The notes beneath the pieces were generated by a model. It was not told where the DNA came from. It saw only the letters and a program-made list of their open reading frames with translations, and searched no databases. From Trichomonas gallinae (lineage: Eukaryota), in the NCBI GenBank assembly GCA_008369845.1, contig MRSU01000015.1, forward strand, positions 1 to 34,782: a DNA stretch of 34,782 nucleotides, written 5' to 3'. This document shows, one piece after another, positions 13,101 through 20,878 of the stretch (positions within the stretch are counted from its first letter, which is position 1; each line of letters starts with the position of its first letter). A program made the position numbers and the translations under genes.

Positions 13101-13202
13101 CCAACATCAGTCAAAACAGTCGAAACACTCTGGGAATTCCACATCCCGTCACACGAAGTTATTGTTCCATTCCTGATTGTTGGCAAAGTCATTCCACAAT
13201 AG
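4140..13202 (+). CDS. HYDIN: Hydin-like axonemal central-pair protein, 3020 aa
   Basis: Many tandem ASH/Ig-like repeats (e.g. VNFGTVSFGFLYTQTLEITNDSDIPFDF; F-x-x-x-P-x-x-G-x-L-x-P), a central adenylate-kinase-like P-loop insert (IVHGVTKSGKTTVA), and Hydin-like segments LNFAPTMMFESRK and RPICHFDVKLSDYLK-RR. First ATG is at 4140. Confidence 0.9.
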   Translation: MFSKSFSIDPGMGLFPPTVFGSTSRLVVKINNNSDKLLRYEWRKYSTEEQENKLLKGLDQLTPLYRQNKYENVIFSSNYFKFENINSEIWPKRYQQIIVSFTPTQQNTVNEIAYLFNLDTNERIPFSLQGSGIPPHAELNLELINAGHICFDRSYQYQALLRNSGQIPYEFEIEDYSNRQIGFEFKPDRGTVNVGATVPININVLANRIGLFNEQFTVRIIGAEYVSPKLWVRGRVIGPTFDIVPKSVNFGTVSFGFLYTQTLEITNDSDIPFDFQLVIHQDPTFRLSEVSVLPDHGIVQKFSKTKVKLEFLPVDLKEYNINLDVMSPEYEKPLMTIPVKAHCICPEVSVEKTEIDVGQVFIGKKTPVDVRICNRTGFPAKYEYIEPTDPTILEASFEIEKRTGDIPAFKTTEVKFYITPKIIGSIQLIRYLKILGSKLNPLSFLVHADSVGPIINYSEKEIDFGVMTVLNENIYDLVFENRSTINADYKVCVRGKCFSIDENAGTIEPNSTHVFKIKGRLTDALAFTGEFFIIIEHLTPITIPLKAKGRGSPIVSSINMSRIDFGYSFVDDVITKQFTLSNHGTRPLEVKWDTKRNGRKELKMSIEPDLKCIYPGESIVYNVSLTSAVPIDYKVSAICTQLMGKKSFEIFNTEICGKIIMHVLEFKKKSMVFNYIHNTAEEEMIDTKDTKPSKSLLKSIYQTNEITNKGELPLDVFIDIQEPFSASTNKICTLPGQTYEFDVIFDPSFKEDFSSETVSQTVVFYLENNPHKFTVDLHANLIFPNLGFDITKDIDFGIQLKNTESQKVHKMKNTSNVDVEFVWTLYNNTDENASNIFDVTPIRGILRPGESQNINFQYFAAVSNYKSNFEAKAVCHVIGGPDYVFKMLGKSADLDYKVSPTEINFGNRSYNDTLTNVVVIENTSQVNLPFQVKTPHRSMFSEFVVEPSSGVLMPGEMKTLNVSIVAGVPLSIKECFLVKFDVFQEVEIQVAANCFIYQLQTTIPRSQDDPLYAIFNKKPKRNLFKVLKVNDVSKEHYSEIEYEMVRDRLLEHIPKTRCIVGKHGQKLFTGRYNSRFVVDMESIVLGDTKEMTFEFTSITPFSMNFELFDSCLAGSGFFLSQNVFSNVMPDYPQTITFFFDTAKRTSDKIDDVSYDIPLVFDDESAYLIQLKAKLVMPALEFSSMHLDFEQTIVGQKRIKTVQIRNNNSLQTDFVIAPCESTSMIFRGRKEDIPFRCSTSSCSLPPNSFINIDIVFFPAAEKNYSMQFPITIKHNNQLLYLTVKGSGSQLKLVFDPPELCFPATLAFSEPLFMDFKMINPTTSPVTIFSNQFDFQIFYDQLLESKSAKITPESTRSNLIAEGRDVVNKFAICVIVHGVTKSGKTTVANRIANYLNLEILNLRDIFANKESQGECVEELSLVLKERKYDKGFIVDGLDAFPDPPESDKFISDTLKHKGVLDEIANNPFTVFPHNFQTGAELCLSLLLSCLNGHFVIGVFVQATEGEILLHEIDAKSEDNYQQTVLQNKLLERYLNMNEEEYLELSISEQAVADKVRQEYRKKLLPIEEEIPKTPKPLKSSGSRLSLKSQKSTASLRSGVSGSVGKKTKGKYSEKDRMLYLFNFTCGTISQRLNEGNTNFHAIDPLSLRKGNEVVDVDYYHSGCCICINTADSISRNEKCWRSFIPEADKFRLRVLMTLISPQRLILPSNEPDANVLTLEPEPKFFGIYNTESAYVPQVVEKPPPTNIKSRTSRREKRPEPNEEVDQQKQIEELLEQYEIMKYTKRWEIPPGESVKLTAIFNGLYEGNYIDILRFSILDSANNVFSLPMKASLILPDLDRDPKMLYNKVADKLTPKTKNSFIIELDEYHFGSVIPSQNKHGSKNFKPAYNDYFTLKNNTAVPTVVTPFILQTAPKNTWYVELKEFTIQPGEKYQYKIGFNPMTADTYRANLTFMIKDNAGPLIIPIVADVTNPMIDLSSQTLNFEKLLPKQERTLSLTLKNSGRVPCYFKLKNIKALGSVFEFSHDEGPIPVRGSFQITVKYSSQKKDVIKKSFYIDLYDEKQIKVANTYTITVCAETFDTAFDFVYPKGMSLLDYGVVKVNETKNLISTLKNKGKYPLHYKFDINKNFQYIKISHMEGVLTPTEKPLPITFSFTSKKIVKFENKKVINLIITDAEVKDKSHTMPIILNVESTTSKYEISPDKILDFGPCTINIPAQKSFTIKNNGFFPFEFEITPVVPEKEEEVKESSRRSSRRSTKSKPKPKDKSKSKANAKTVMPKKNKKGNQKITFGPYTFSTWWGTVHPNQSVTITVDYTGTAAWKQEQDVTIKITDPPQGEENGIKYHVQSECFAPKIEVDDFENIFKGQRLCLRGDIEGNDCTAFLEDEKCLHFASLRVKAEQTVPLTLINTQPIPATVEVSLSEARGFKISSPRIEVPPQSESILGVTFSPLESESYSSILQAVVRVNGRDPSQTLRLALEGKGSLPLIEFADAKSKSFSFGKTLVGTQKEHKVSIINAALIDSNVTFHVSPNSDFILEGLEAMKPITLKPMETFNFAVIFKPAKSKHSSISIQAKVMGNNQSTLSMEYDGEGLIEDLILDGQTIENDTLSFDDVVICTNSTKSFIMKNISEKDIRYQWICQNPNDFKIIPSCGHLFARNSIEISVTFRSDKPVKVNSRMTCQWSNARFEDKTPWNDSMKEMKLQIDEPIPVQPPPSLRRSARRKGNTARSSSKNLSTVPSFVAKKVMVTKPEPAFTVVGQKQKDIILKLAGTCDDIRCGIAVPGDKGADSLNFAPTMMFESRKTPVEINNSSKIAMKYAWRIINFSSMAGTTNIPFSVEPSEGYVPPSSTMQFDVLFSPSTVDDFSCDICCVFGQNNIDSFDKVTPDFLPMIHATGLSRRPICHFDVKLSDYLKRRHPDYTNPLPEDIKVVEVSSKNVGDVSQLRFGIMNTTSMMYESYWKLVSGGDVISCETPLQIISSSRRYEMIFVYKPTSVKTVETLWEFHIPSHEVIVPFLIVGKVIPQ

Positions 13203-13314
13203 TTTATTTTTGTTATTTTATAGAGTTTTTTTATGTTAAATGCTATTTGTTATTTGTTATATATGATTTGTTATATCATATGATTTTTTTATGTGATAAA
13301 AATTGAAGTCAAAA

Positions 13315-15047
13315 ATGGAGAAATTTGACAAGTACACTAGATTTCAAATTGAGGATTTTTGTGAATGAAATCACCAATGATAACAAATTTTCAGTCGAAT
13401 TAACTATCAGAGAAGGAAATCCTCAACTCAATAATATATAATCACCAAGTTATCGGGTAAATCTGAAAGTAATATCTCGTTTATTACATATATGGGTTAC
13501 CTAGAAGAACAAGCACAAGCAGCTTTGAACCAGACAAATAACGATATCACGAAAGCAGTTGAAATACTCAAAACAGCCAGCCAAAAAGTAGAAGTTTACT
13601 TTGATAGTGATAAGAGCTATACAGATCAAGACGAAAATGTACCCGAAGTTAATTTGTCAATGGCGCCACATTTTTTGAGAGAATGTATGACCTCTACAAA
13701 CAGTTCAAGACTGGCTTACGCCCTCTCACAGATTTAGACGTCTTACACGTAAAGTGTAGCTCATTCCTGAAGGTAATTAAAGAGAACCCAGTGTTCCTTA
13801 AATACTTCGCATTGTATCCAACGTCGCCACTAGAAACTGCTTCATACGACGAGAATGCGATCCCATCATACATCAACGAAGGCATCAAAGAGATCATCTA
13901 CCTCAAAACAAGGCAAGGACTCGCGGAGAATCCTAGGCGAAATTGGACTACAAAAGACGACCAGAAGCTTTTGGACTTGTACGCAAAGATGCGCAAAATG
14001 AATTCATTCATCGGAATCATTGCGACCGAGTTTCCAGATGTACCATCAAGAGTGATCGGCGGAGAATCACGCGCCTCAAGTCAGACATAGTGCACGGAAA
14101 TAGGGACGATTTGGTAATTCCTGAATCCATGAAAGAAGAGTTGAGGCCAAAAATCCTTGAACACGTTGATTACGATTTCGATCCACTTCCTAAGGTGCCA
14201 GTAAACATCCTGCAGATCATCGACGAGTTGAATGAGTGCAACAAAGACCTTGCAGAAGTACAAAAGAAACATCCGGGTTTCAGCTCCAGATCAGACACAG
14301 GAGGAGAATCCCGGTATACAAGATCCTAATTCTGTTAGAAATGCGCTTCAATAACAAGACGAGCGGTGAGATAGGAAGACTCATCGGCTCCACAGCAGTC
14401 GACGTCACAAACATGTACATGAACGCTTTACACCAGTTAAAGAGTCTCAAGCCCGTCACATGGTTCAGGAATACTATTACTGACGAGCAGATCAAGGATC
14501 TTGACATCGAACATTCCACGTATAACAAAGATGGAGTCCCAACTTACTTCAAGAAGCTCATGTCATTCTACGTCACTTACGAGGACAAGCATCCAGGCTG
14601 GACCAAGGCAAGAAGGCGAAGAATACGGTCCCTCGAACAGCAGGAACTTGGTGAGATATCTGAATCGTCGGAGAGTGATGGAGCTCCACCAATGATCAGC
14701 GACGAGTCTTCTTCTGGAGAAGAGAAGACAATAACATTCAGAAGGAAATCGAAGAAGAAGAAAATTGCTGAAGACTCTGATTCTTCAAGTCCTGGATCTG
14801 TAAATCCTGATATCTCCGATTCTTCAAGTTCCAGTTCTGAAAATTCTGATGACTCTCATTCTGAGAAGAGGTTAAAAGGAGGCCCGGAAAAACGAAATCC
14901 AGTACAGCAATGAAAGAGGATGTAGAGCCAAATCTGATCGTTACGGGAAAAAACCCAGGAAGAAAACAAAGTGTTTCTAATGAAATTCAGGAAAAAGTAA
15001 TTGTCAGAAAGAAATCAGACCGAAAACCAGGATGGAAACCAAAATAA
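13315..15047 (+). pseudogene. Multiply frameshifted gene for a UBA + Myb/SANT-like + HTH nuclear protein (~578 aa reconstructed)
   Basis: ATG 13315 sits in a TCAAAAATG context identical to the Hydin start. ORFs 13492-13737, 13683-14090, 13943-14329 and 14236-14913 plus a final frame ending at TAA 15045-15047 overlap serially, each in the -1 frame. UBA: ISFITYMGYLEEQAQAALNQTNNDITKAVEIL. Myb-like: WTTKDDQKLLDLY...IIATEFP...RRRITRL. Acidic Ser-rich tail with basic RRKSKKKK. Confidence 0.75.
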
Positions 15048-15121
15048 GATAATATATTTTTATATTTATAGATTTTTTTGTAAAATATTATTATTTAATT
15101 AAATCACAATATATAAAACAC

Positions 15122-18100
15122 TTAAGATCTCATGAAACTGCCTGTTCCCTGGAATACGGAAGGTGTCGGGTTGACTAAATAAGTCATCTGCTTACCTTTT
15201 CCTTTGAGGAATGTTTCGCCCTTCGCCTGAACGTCGAAGTTCATTCCCTTAATCAAGTCGTAAGTAGCCTGCGAGATATGGACGTGGTTGACCTCGCATG
15301 TGCTCTGTAAACGAGCTGCGACATTGATAGCATCGCCAATGATATCGAAAGCTGGCTTGTCTGTTCCCAAAACACCGGCGATGATTGGTCCGCCAGTGTT
15401 GACGCCGACTCTGATCGTCAGGGAAGCATCCAGTCTCATGTTTACTTCGTCGAGTTCCGCAATTGAGTCCAGGCCAAACTGCACTGTCTGCTCGGCGTGA
15501 GACTCAGGTGGCACGTCTGGGTTGAACAAACCAGTCGCCGCCATGTAAATGTCTCCGATCAATTTGATCTTCGTTATCATGTTGTACTTCGCGGCGATCT
15601 TGTCCAGCGCAGCGAAGTACAAAGAGAGATTTGCCATGATGTCCTGCGGGCTCAAGCTTGCCGCGTACTCTGAGAACTTCTGGATATCAATGAAAACGAT
15701 TGTCGCGGATGGGACTGTGAATGAAATATCCTTCTCGCCTCTGTTGAGCTGAACAACAATGTCTCTCGGGAGAATCTGGTAAAGTAATTTTTCTGATTTA
15801 GCTTTAGCTTCTTCTGCCGTCTTCATCTGCTGAACTAAAGCTGTCTGGTCTCTTAATATGATAGTGAATGAGTTGATGTCGCCGTTACTGCCCTTCATGC
15901 CGATGATTGAGACGTGGCATGGGACTTCTGCTGAGTTGTCTGTGACCGCGTTCATGTCCTCTTCGACGAATGTTGACGACTGGCCGCTCTTCATCATTTC
16001 AAGCTTCGTCGAAATCTTTTCTTCGTCTGCTGTCGTGAAGAAACTTGAAATGTGCTGACCGAGGATCTGTTCTGGTGTGTAACCTAATAATGAGGCGACA
16101 GACTTGTTGACAATTTCGACAACACCGAATGAGCTCGTCAGGAAGATAGCGTCTGGCGCGTTGTGGATAATAGAAGCTTCAACAGACAGCTTGTCATCTT
16201 TGACACCATCTTTCGTTTTAAGGAACCTGTGCGAGAAGAGTTTGTTGTTGACTAATGTCGCTGGATTGAATCTCTTAAGAATAAATAGAGAGGCCTTGAA
16301 GGCAGAGGATCTGTTCTGGTAGTAGAAAGAGACAGCGATGATGAAAGCAATCAGCAAAACACAAACGCAAACAGAAAGCACAATGATGTTCTGCATGATG
16401 TTCGTGTACTCCATGTTCGCCAGGTCGATCATTCTCTTTGTGACATTGACCATTCTCATCCACATGTGCGCGTTAATGATGTGCTGTGCGTTGGCAAAGT
16501 TCATCTCGTTAACTTGTGCGTCTGGGTCGAGTAAGTCGTGCGAGAGAGCTTTCATGAAGCCTGCGTAAACATCAACCTGCTGGTGCAAAGATGTTGTTGC
16601 GTAGAAATCGTGTGAGTCGCCGATCTTTGGCTTCGAAGTTTTATCGATGACGTTGTAAGAATCCAAAACCTTATCAAATCCCTGGCAGCCTGGCGTTTCG
16701 TCGAATCCGTTGATCAGTTTGATGTCGGCATCAACGAGTTTGTCTGTCAGTATCAAACTCTTGTTCACCAAGTCTTCGATTGTCGTCATGCGGTGCTCAT
16801 TTGGAAGATCGTGCATTGCTAATGCGTAGATCAGTGTGTAAAGGCTGGCCGCTGAGAGAGAAAGACGAAGAGATGCATATTGGTTCCAAGAGTTGAGGTG
16901 GATGATCTTAGTGTTTGCGTTGACAACTAATATACAGATAACTAATGAACAGAGAAGTAAACAAAGAGAAAGGAAGCAGATTATGCTGATCAAAATAATT
17001 GATGTACGAGATGAGCCTGTCATTTCGACGGATTTGTTGTCATCATCAGAAGCATGAATAGTGATCAAAGCTTTTGCGTCTGTTTTCGCTTTCTGGTCGA
17101 AGGAATGAATAATTTCAACGACTTCTTTTAATGATTTGACTGTCAAGAAGTGAATAACGATGACAGGGATGAATACGACAATGAAAGTGATGCATGGGAT
17201 GATGATAGACAAAACTCCGAAAACTTCTTTGAGATGAGCGCCACTGTCTTTCTGATAATTGCAGAATGAGTCAAATAAAGCTGAAGACATGTCGTAGAAA
17301 GAGTCGAAATTGAAGAAAATTTCGCAATAATTTGGATCTTTCAACAAATTATTGACTGTTTTGTTTCCTGCGAGTTGTCTCTGATGTGTAATCATCATAG
17401 CAGCAAGAGATGAGAAAGATTCTGGGATTTTTGTGATGTTATTCGCATCATTATCGCAAATTGTGATTTCTCCTTCAGGAAGAATCAAAGTCTGAGCGAA
17501 ATTGTAAATATTTTCACCTTCAAGAGCCAATGATGCAACAGAATTAATCAAATCCTCAAAATACCAAGAAGCATTTGTTGTCATTCCGACAGCCTCAAGA
17601 AGCATGTCTGCGAGCACATTGACGTAGATTGGATCTGTAAATCTCATCAAGTAGTTCATTGATGGCAAGTAATGCTGCAAAACACCATGTTCTTGTGTGT
17701 ATGTGAAAATCAAGTTAACATTTGCAATGGAATAATAGAAAGAGAGCTGAGAAATATAGTCAAGACGTGACAATGATGTTGTTTGCGTCTCCAAACGCTG
17801 GCTGGAGTAGATAAACGCGAATGCGAAAATAACGATAACGAAGATGATGATTAAGAAAGTAGCTGGAATGATTGATTTCATCGAAGCAGGCAGCTTGTTC
17901 TCGAGAGCTCTGTGTAAAGCCAATCTTGTGCGAGAATGAATAATTGTCTGCTTTCCTACGAACTCCTCGACGTCAGCATCGAGGGATTCATCACCGTTGA
18001 GTGTGGAATTCGCGGAATTTTTGTCTGAACCACTTTGATTTGACGACTGTGAACTCGATGCTGATCTGCTTGGCTCCTTTCTTCTCAGCTCAATGACTGT

Positions 18101-19819
18101 GCCTCTGAGGTCCAAGATCTTCTTCGTTAAGTATTTCGGAAACGCACGAACCATTGACCTGAAAGATGTATCAACGGAGAAATTGTTGCCCATTTCGATG
18201 ATTTGAGCACGGTGTTTGTACTTTAAGGCTTCTGGGAAGTCACATTCGGCTTCAACTAAGTATCTTGTGAACTCTTCACAGAATTTTGGATTATTTGGGG
18301 AATTTTCGAGTGATTCGACCCAAACTGCATGTGTCAGATGTGTCTTGTTGGCTAAATTTTCGAAATATCCTGGATTCAGCTTCGGAGAATCAACAGCGCC
18401 ACGAGTTAACATTTCGCATTGTTTGCTCATTGTCTTGAGCTCGATGAGCTTCAGCTTAGACTGGCTAGAAACAGAAAACTGACGCAGTGTCTTAACCTGG
18501 TCAACTTGGAACAGTAAAAATCTTGTTGTGAAAGATAATTTTCTTCTTGTCAATATTTGGCGCTGAATTCTGTTGAGCAGACGAGTTTCCTTTGGGAAGA
18601 AGTTAACAAGCTGCAGGCAAGTGTTCAATGCAAGCTCTGAAGAATAATGTGTAATAATATAATTAACTAAAGACCAGTTATAGAAGCTCACTGAGTAGTT
18701 CTGGAAGGCTACTCTTAAGTAAAGCAAAGCTTTCGCTTCGTTATTTTCAAGTCCAAGATTTGCAAAATATTCATTTGCTTCTTCTTCATTTCTGATGTCT
18801 TGGCTGAGGTTTGCTACGATTTTCTTGACTCTTATTATGTTGATTACAAGGAAAACTGGCACACAAAACAAGAATGTTCCAAATGTTAAACCAAGAGGAA
18901 TGTTGTAATTAAATTTAGGCACGAAATGAGAAATAATCATTATAATATCACCCATTATGCATCCCAAGAACCATCCACACGATAAACTCTGAGATTGCAT
19001 ATCAACGAAAGGAAGATGCCTGACGATGTATACAAACAAGTATATATAGACCAACATGTGTAAGCCTATCGCGAATAGTTTTGCCCACGCTTCGAATAAG
19101 GAAAGAATGAAATACAAAATTATGACCGAAACCAAGCCAACTAATGTCATAATCATAACACTTGGGTCGAAATTTAGCAGTGGCGATGGATTAACGTGGA
19201 CAGATTTAGAGGCAAATCCTTGAACAATGATGAATGAGAAAGATTCAAAGGCAATAATGAAAATATTCAATATAAAAGCGACGATGACCTGATAAGATGT
19301 AACACCGTGAGCGAGTCTTACTAAAGTTTCGCCAATTCCAATTGATGTCGGCATTAATGTAACAATGAGAAGTGTATCATAGTAGAACCGGATTGGGTAG
19401 TTGAGGACCTTGATGAATTTTCTCTGAATCTTATAGTATGACAGTTGGAATCTTATTAATACGAATGTAACGAGATTAATTGCAAAGATCACTACAGCAA
19501 CAACGAAGTAATAACCATCCCCAGCATCTGATGGGGTGAAGAAGAAGACATTTCGTAGAATATCCATGGTTCCTTTAATATCATTTTTTGCCCAAAACTC
19601 CTGCCATGGCCAGTTTGCGATAATAACAACTTGCAAGAAGAAGAAAACGAGGAACGGATATACAAACAAGATTGGAATGTTTGCTTGTTGAAAGACGACA
19701 TTAAATAAAGGAAACATTTCATCAACCATAACAACGCCCGAATCCACTTTGACCTGCGACTGTGTGGACTCCGCAGACATGGAAACGCTTACAGCTGCTT
19801 GGTTGTTGTTATTATTCAT
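15122..19819 (-). CDS. Transmembrane class III adenylyl cyclase with PAS domain, 1565 aa
   Basis: Numerous TM helices. PAS domain IIHNAPDAIFLTSSFGVVEIVNKSVASLLGYTPEQILG. Coiled linker KSEKLLYQILP. Catalytic domain VFIDI, KIKLIGDIYMA, RVGVNTGGPIIAGVLG, FDIIGDAINVAARLQS. The Lys/Asp specificity pair indicates ATP rather than GTP. Confidence 0.96.
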   Translation of the reverse strand: MNNNNNQAAVSVSMSAESTQSQVKVDSGVVMVDEMFPLFNVVFQQANIPILFVYPFLVFFFLQVVIIANWPWQEFWAKNDIKGTMDILRNVFFFTPSDAGDGYYFVVAVVIFAINLVTFVLIRFQLSYYKIQRKFIKVLNYPIRFYYDTLLIVTLMPTSIGIGETLVRLAHGVTSYQVIVAFILNIFIIAFESFSFIIVQGFASKSVHVNPSPLLNFDPSVMIMTLVGLVSVIILYFILSLFEAWAKLFAIGLHMLVYIYLFVYIVRHLPFVDMQSQSLSCGWFLGCIMGDIIMIISHFVPKFNYNIPLGLTFGTFLFCVPVFLVINIIRVKKIVANLSQDIRNEEEANEYFANLGLENNEAKALLYLRVAFQNYSVSFYNWSLVNYIITHYSSELALNTCLQLVNFFPKETRLLNRIQRQILTRRKLSFTTRFLLFQVDQVKTLRQFSVSSQSKLKLIELKTMSKQCEMLTRGAVDSPKLNPGYFENLANKTHLTHAVWVESLENSPNNPKFCEEFTRYLVEAECDFPEALKYKHRAQIIEMGNNFSVDTSFRSMVRAFPKYLTKKILDLRGTVIELRRKEPSRSASSSQSSNQSGSDKNSANSTLNGDESLDADVEEFVGKQTIIHSRTRLALHRALENKLPASMKSIIPATFLIIIFVIVIFAFAFIYSSQRLETQTTSLSRLDYISQLSFYYSIANVNLIFTYTQEHGVLQHYLPSMNYLMRFTDPIYVNVLADMLLEAVGMTTNASWYFEDLINSVASLALEGENIYNFAQTLILPEGEITICDNDANNITKIPESFSSLAAMMITHQRQLAGNKTVNNLLKDPNYCEIFFNFDSFYDMSSALFDSFCNYQKDSGAHLKEVFGVLSIIIPCITFIVVFIPVIVIHFLTVKSLKEVVEIIHSFDQKAKTDAKALITIHASDDDNKSVEMTGSSRTSIILISIICFLSLCLLLCSLVICILVVNANTKIIHLNSWNQYASLRLSLSAASLYTLIYALAMHDLPNEHRMTTIEDLVNKSLILTDKLVDADIKLINGFDETPGCQGFDKVLDSYNVIDKTSKPKIGDSHDFYATTSLHQQVDVYAGFMKALSHDLLDPDAQVNEMNFANAQHIINAHMWMRMVNVTKRMIDLANMEYTNIMQNIIVLSVCVCVLLIAFIIAVSFYYQNRSSAFKASLFILKRFNPATLVNNKLFSHRFLKTKDGVKDDKLSVEASIIHNAPDAIFLTSSFGVVEIVNKSVASLLGYTPEQILGQHISSFFTTADEEKISTKLEMMKSGQSSTFVEEDMNAVTDNSAEVPCHVSIIGMKGSNGDINSFTIILRDQTALVQQMKTAEEAKAKSEKLLYQILPRDIVVQLNRGEKDISFTVPSATIVFIDIQKFSEYAASLSPQDIMANLSLYFAALDKIAAKYNMITKIKLIGDIYMAATGLFNPDVPPESHAEQTVQFGLDSIAELDEVNMRLDASLTIRVGVNTGGPIIAGVLGTDKPAFDIIGDAINVAARLQSTCEVNHVHISQATYDLIKGMNFDVQAKGETFLKGKGKQMTYLVNPTPSVFQGTGSFMRS

Positions 19820-19827
19820 TCTTAAAA

Positions 19828-19833
19828 AAATGA
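19828..19833 (-). promoter_or_regulatory. Initiator (Inr) TCATTT of the cyclase gene
   Basis: Minus strand reads TTGTCATTTTTTTAAGAATG, a canonical trichomonad Inr 8 nt before the ATG. Confidence 0.75.
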
Positions 19834-20878
19834 CAAAAAAATTAAAAACGTTATTGCGAAAAATCCATTTATATACTTAAATTAGAACAACGGATAAAAA
19901 GTAAAATTTGAGTTTGATTGAATTATTTCAAACATTGAATTTCTGAGTGATTTTTTTCATGTAATATACTACCCAGGAGTTTATGCAAAACAATGTTTCT
20001 GTGCGGTGTATAACCAATTGAAAAGTCTTAATCGATATTTATGATGGGTTTATGTGCAAATAGCAATTCAATAAGAAGATTGCTTTACGATTGAATTTAT
20101 CTTCGATAACGGCTCAAATTTGAATGACAATGCTTAAATTTCTTAACTATCAGTTTTAATATCCATAATCATCTCAGCAAAGTTATTTTGATAATATTAT
20201 TCATCCCTTATTCTTCAGAAAAATTACAAACTAATAAATTCGCATGAGTAATTCTTATTATAACCGATATACTTAATCATCTGAAAAAAATTTATGACTC
20301 GCTGAATAAATTCTGAACTTTGAGTGGTACATTCAAATTTTTTGGCACAGAAATTCCTTCAAAATATAGATATTATTTATATGATATGTTGTTTGTTCTC
20401 AAAACTCTGAACTTCACATTTTTGAGAAGGTGTTTCCGGTCATTTAATTTTTGATTCACGAGAACTGATTGACCAATACTTTCAGAAAAACACATGGCAT
20501 GCAGAATGAATTAGGTTAAAGTGAACATACGTCGATAGAAAATTTTCAACATTGAAAAAGAAAATATTTTGAGAGGTCTGAAAAAATAAATAAACTTCTC
20601 AAATCATTTTTTAAATCATCTCAGGTCACAGTTCAGAGACATTTCGATGAGTTTTCAGGTTAAATAGTTGATTCAGATATTTATGGCCTCACATCTTTAT
20701 TTTTGCAAGAAAAATCATTGGTTTTCTGTTGCCTCAATAAACAAACCATGGATTTTATCGTATACTTCTGTTATTTGCTATGAAACGGGAATGTTTATCC
20801 ACAAAAATGCGAAATATAATGGTTCAAAAAATGAATGGATCAACCAACAATGAAATACACATACTTATTTATTAAATA

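Noticed and set aside
13209..13285. TTTGTTAT repeated four times after Hydin
   Set aside because: Consistent with ordinary U-rich 3' UTR low complexity.
13685..13703. GTATGA...AAACAG, a 19-nt intron-like string in the frameshifted gene
   Set aside because: No CTAAC branch motif. Removing 19 nt gives a +1 change, not the required -1, and the sequence reads well as MYDLYKQ.
20396..20603. Short inverted repeats TTCTCAAAA/TTTTGAGAA and scattered TCTGA/TCAGA-A tracts
   Set aside because: Arms of 9 bp or less in AT-rich DNA with no defined element boundaries; cannot be distinguished from chance.
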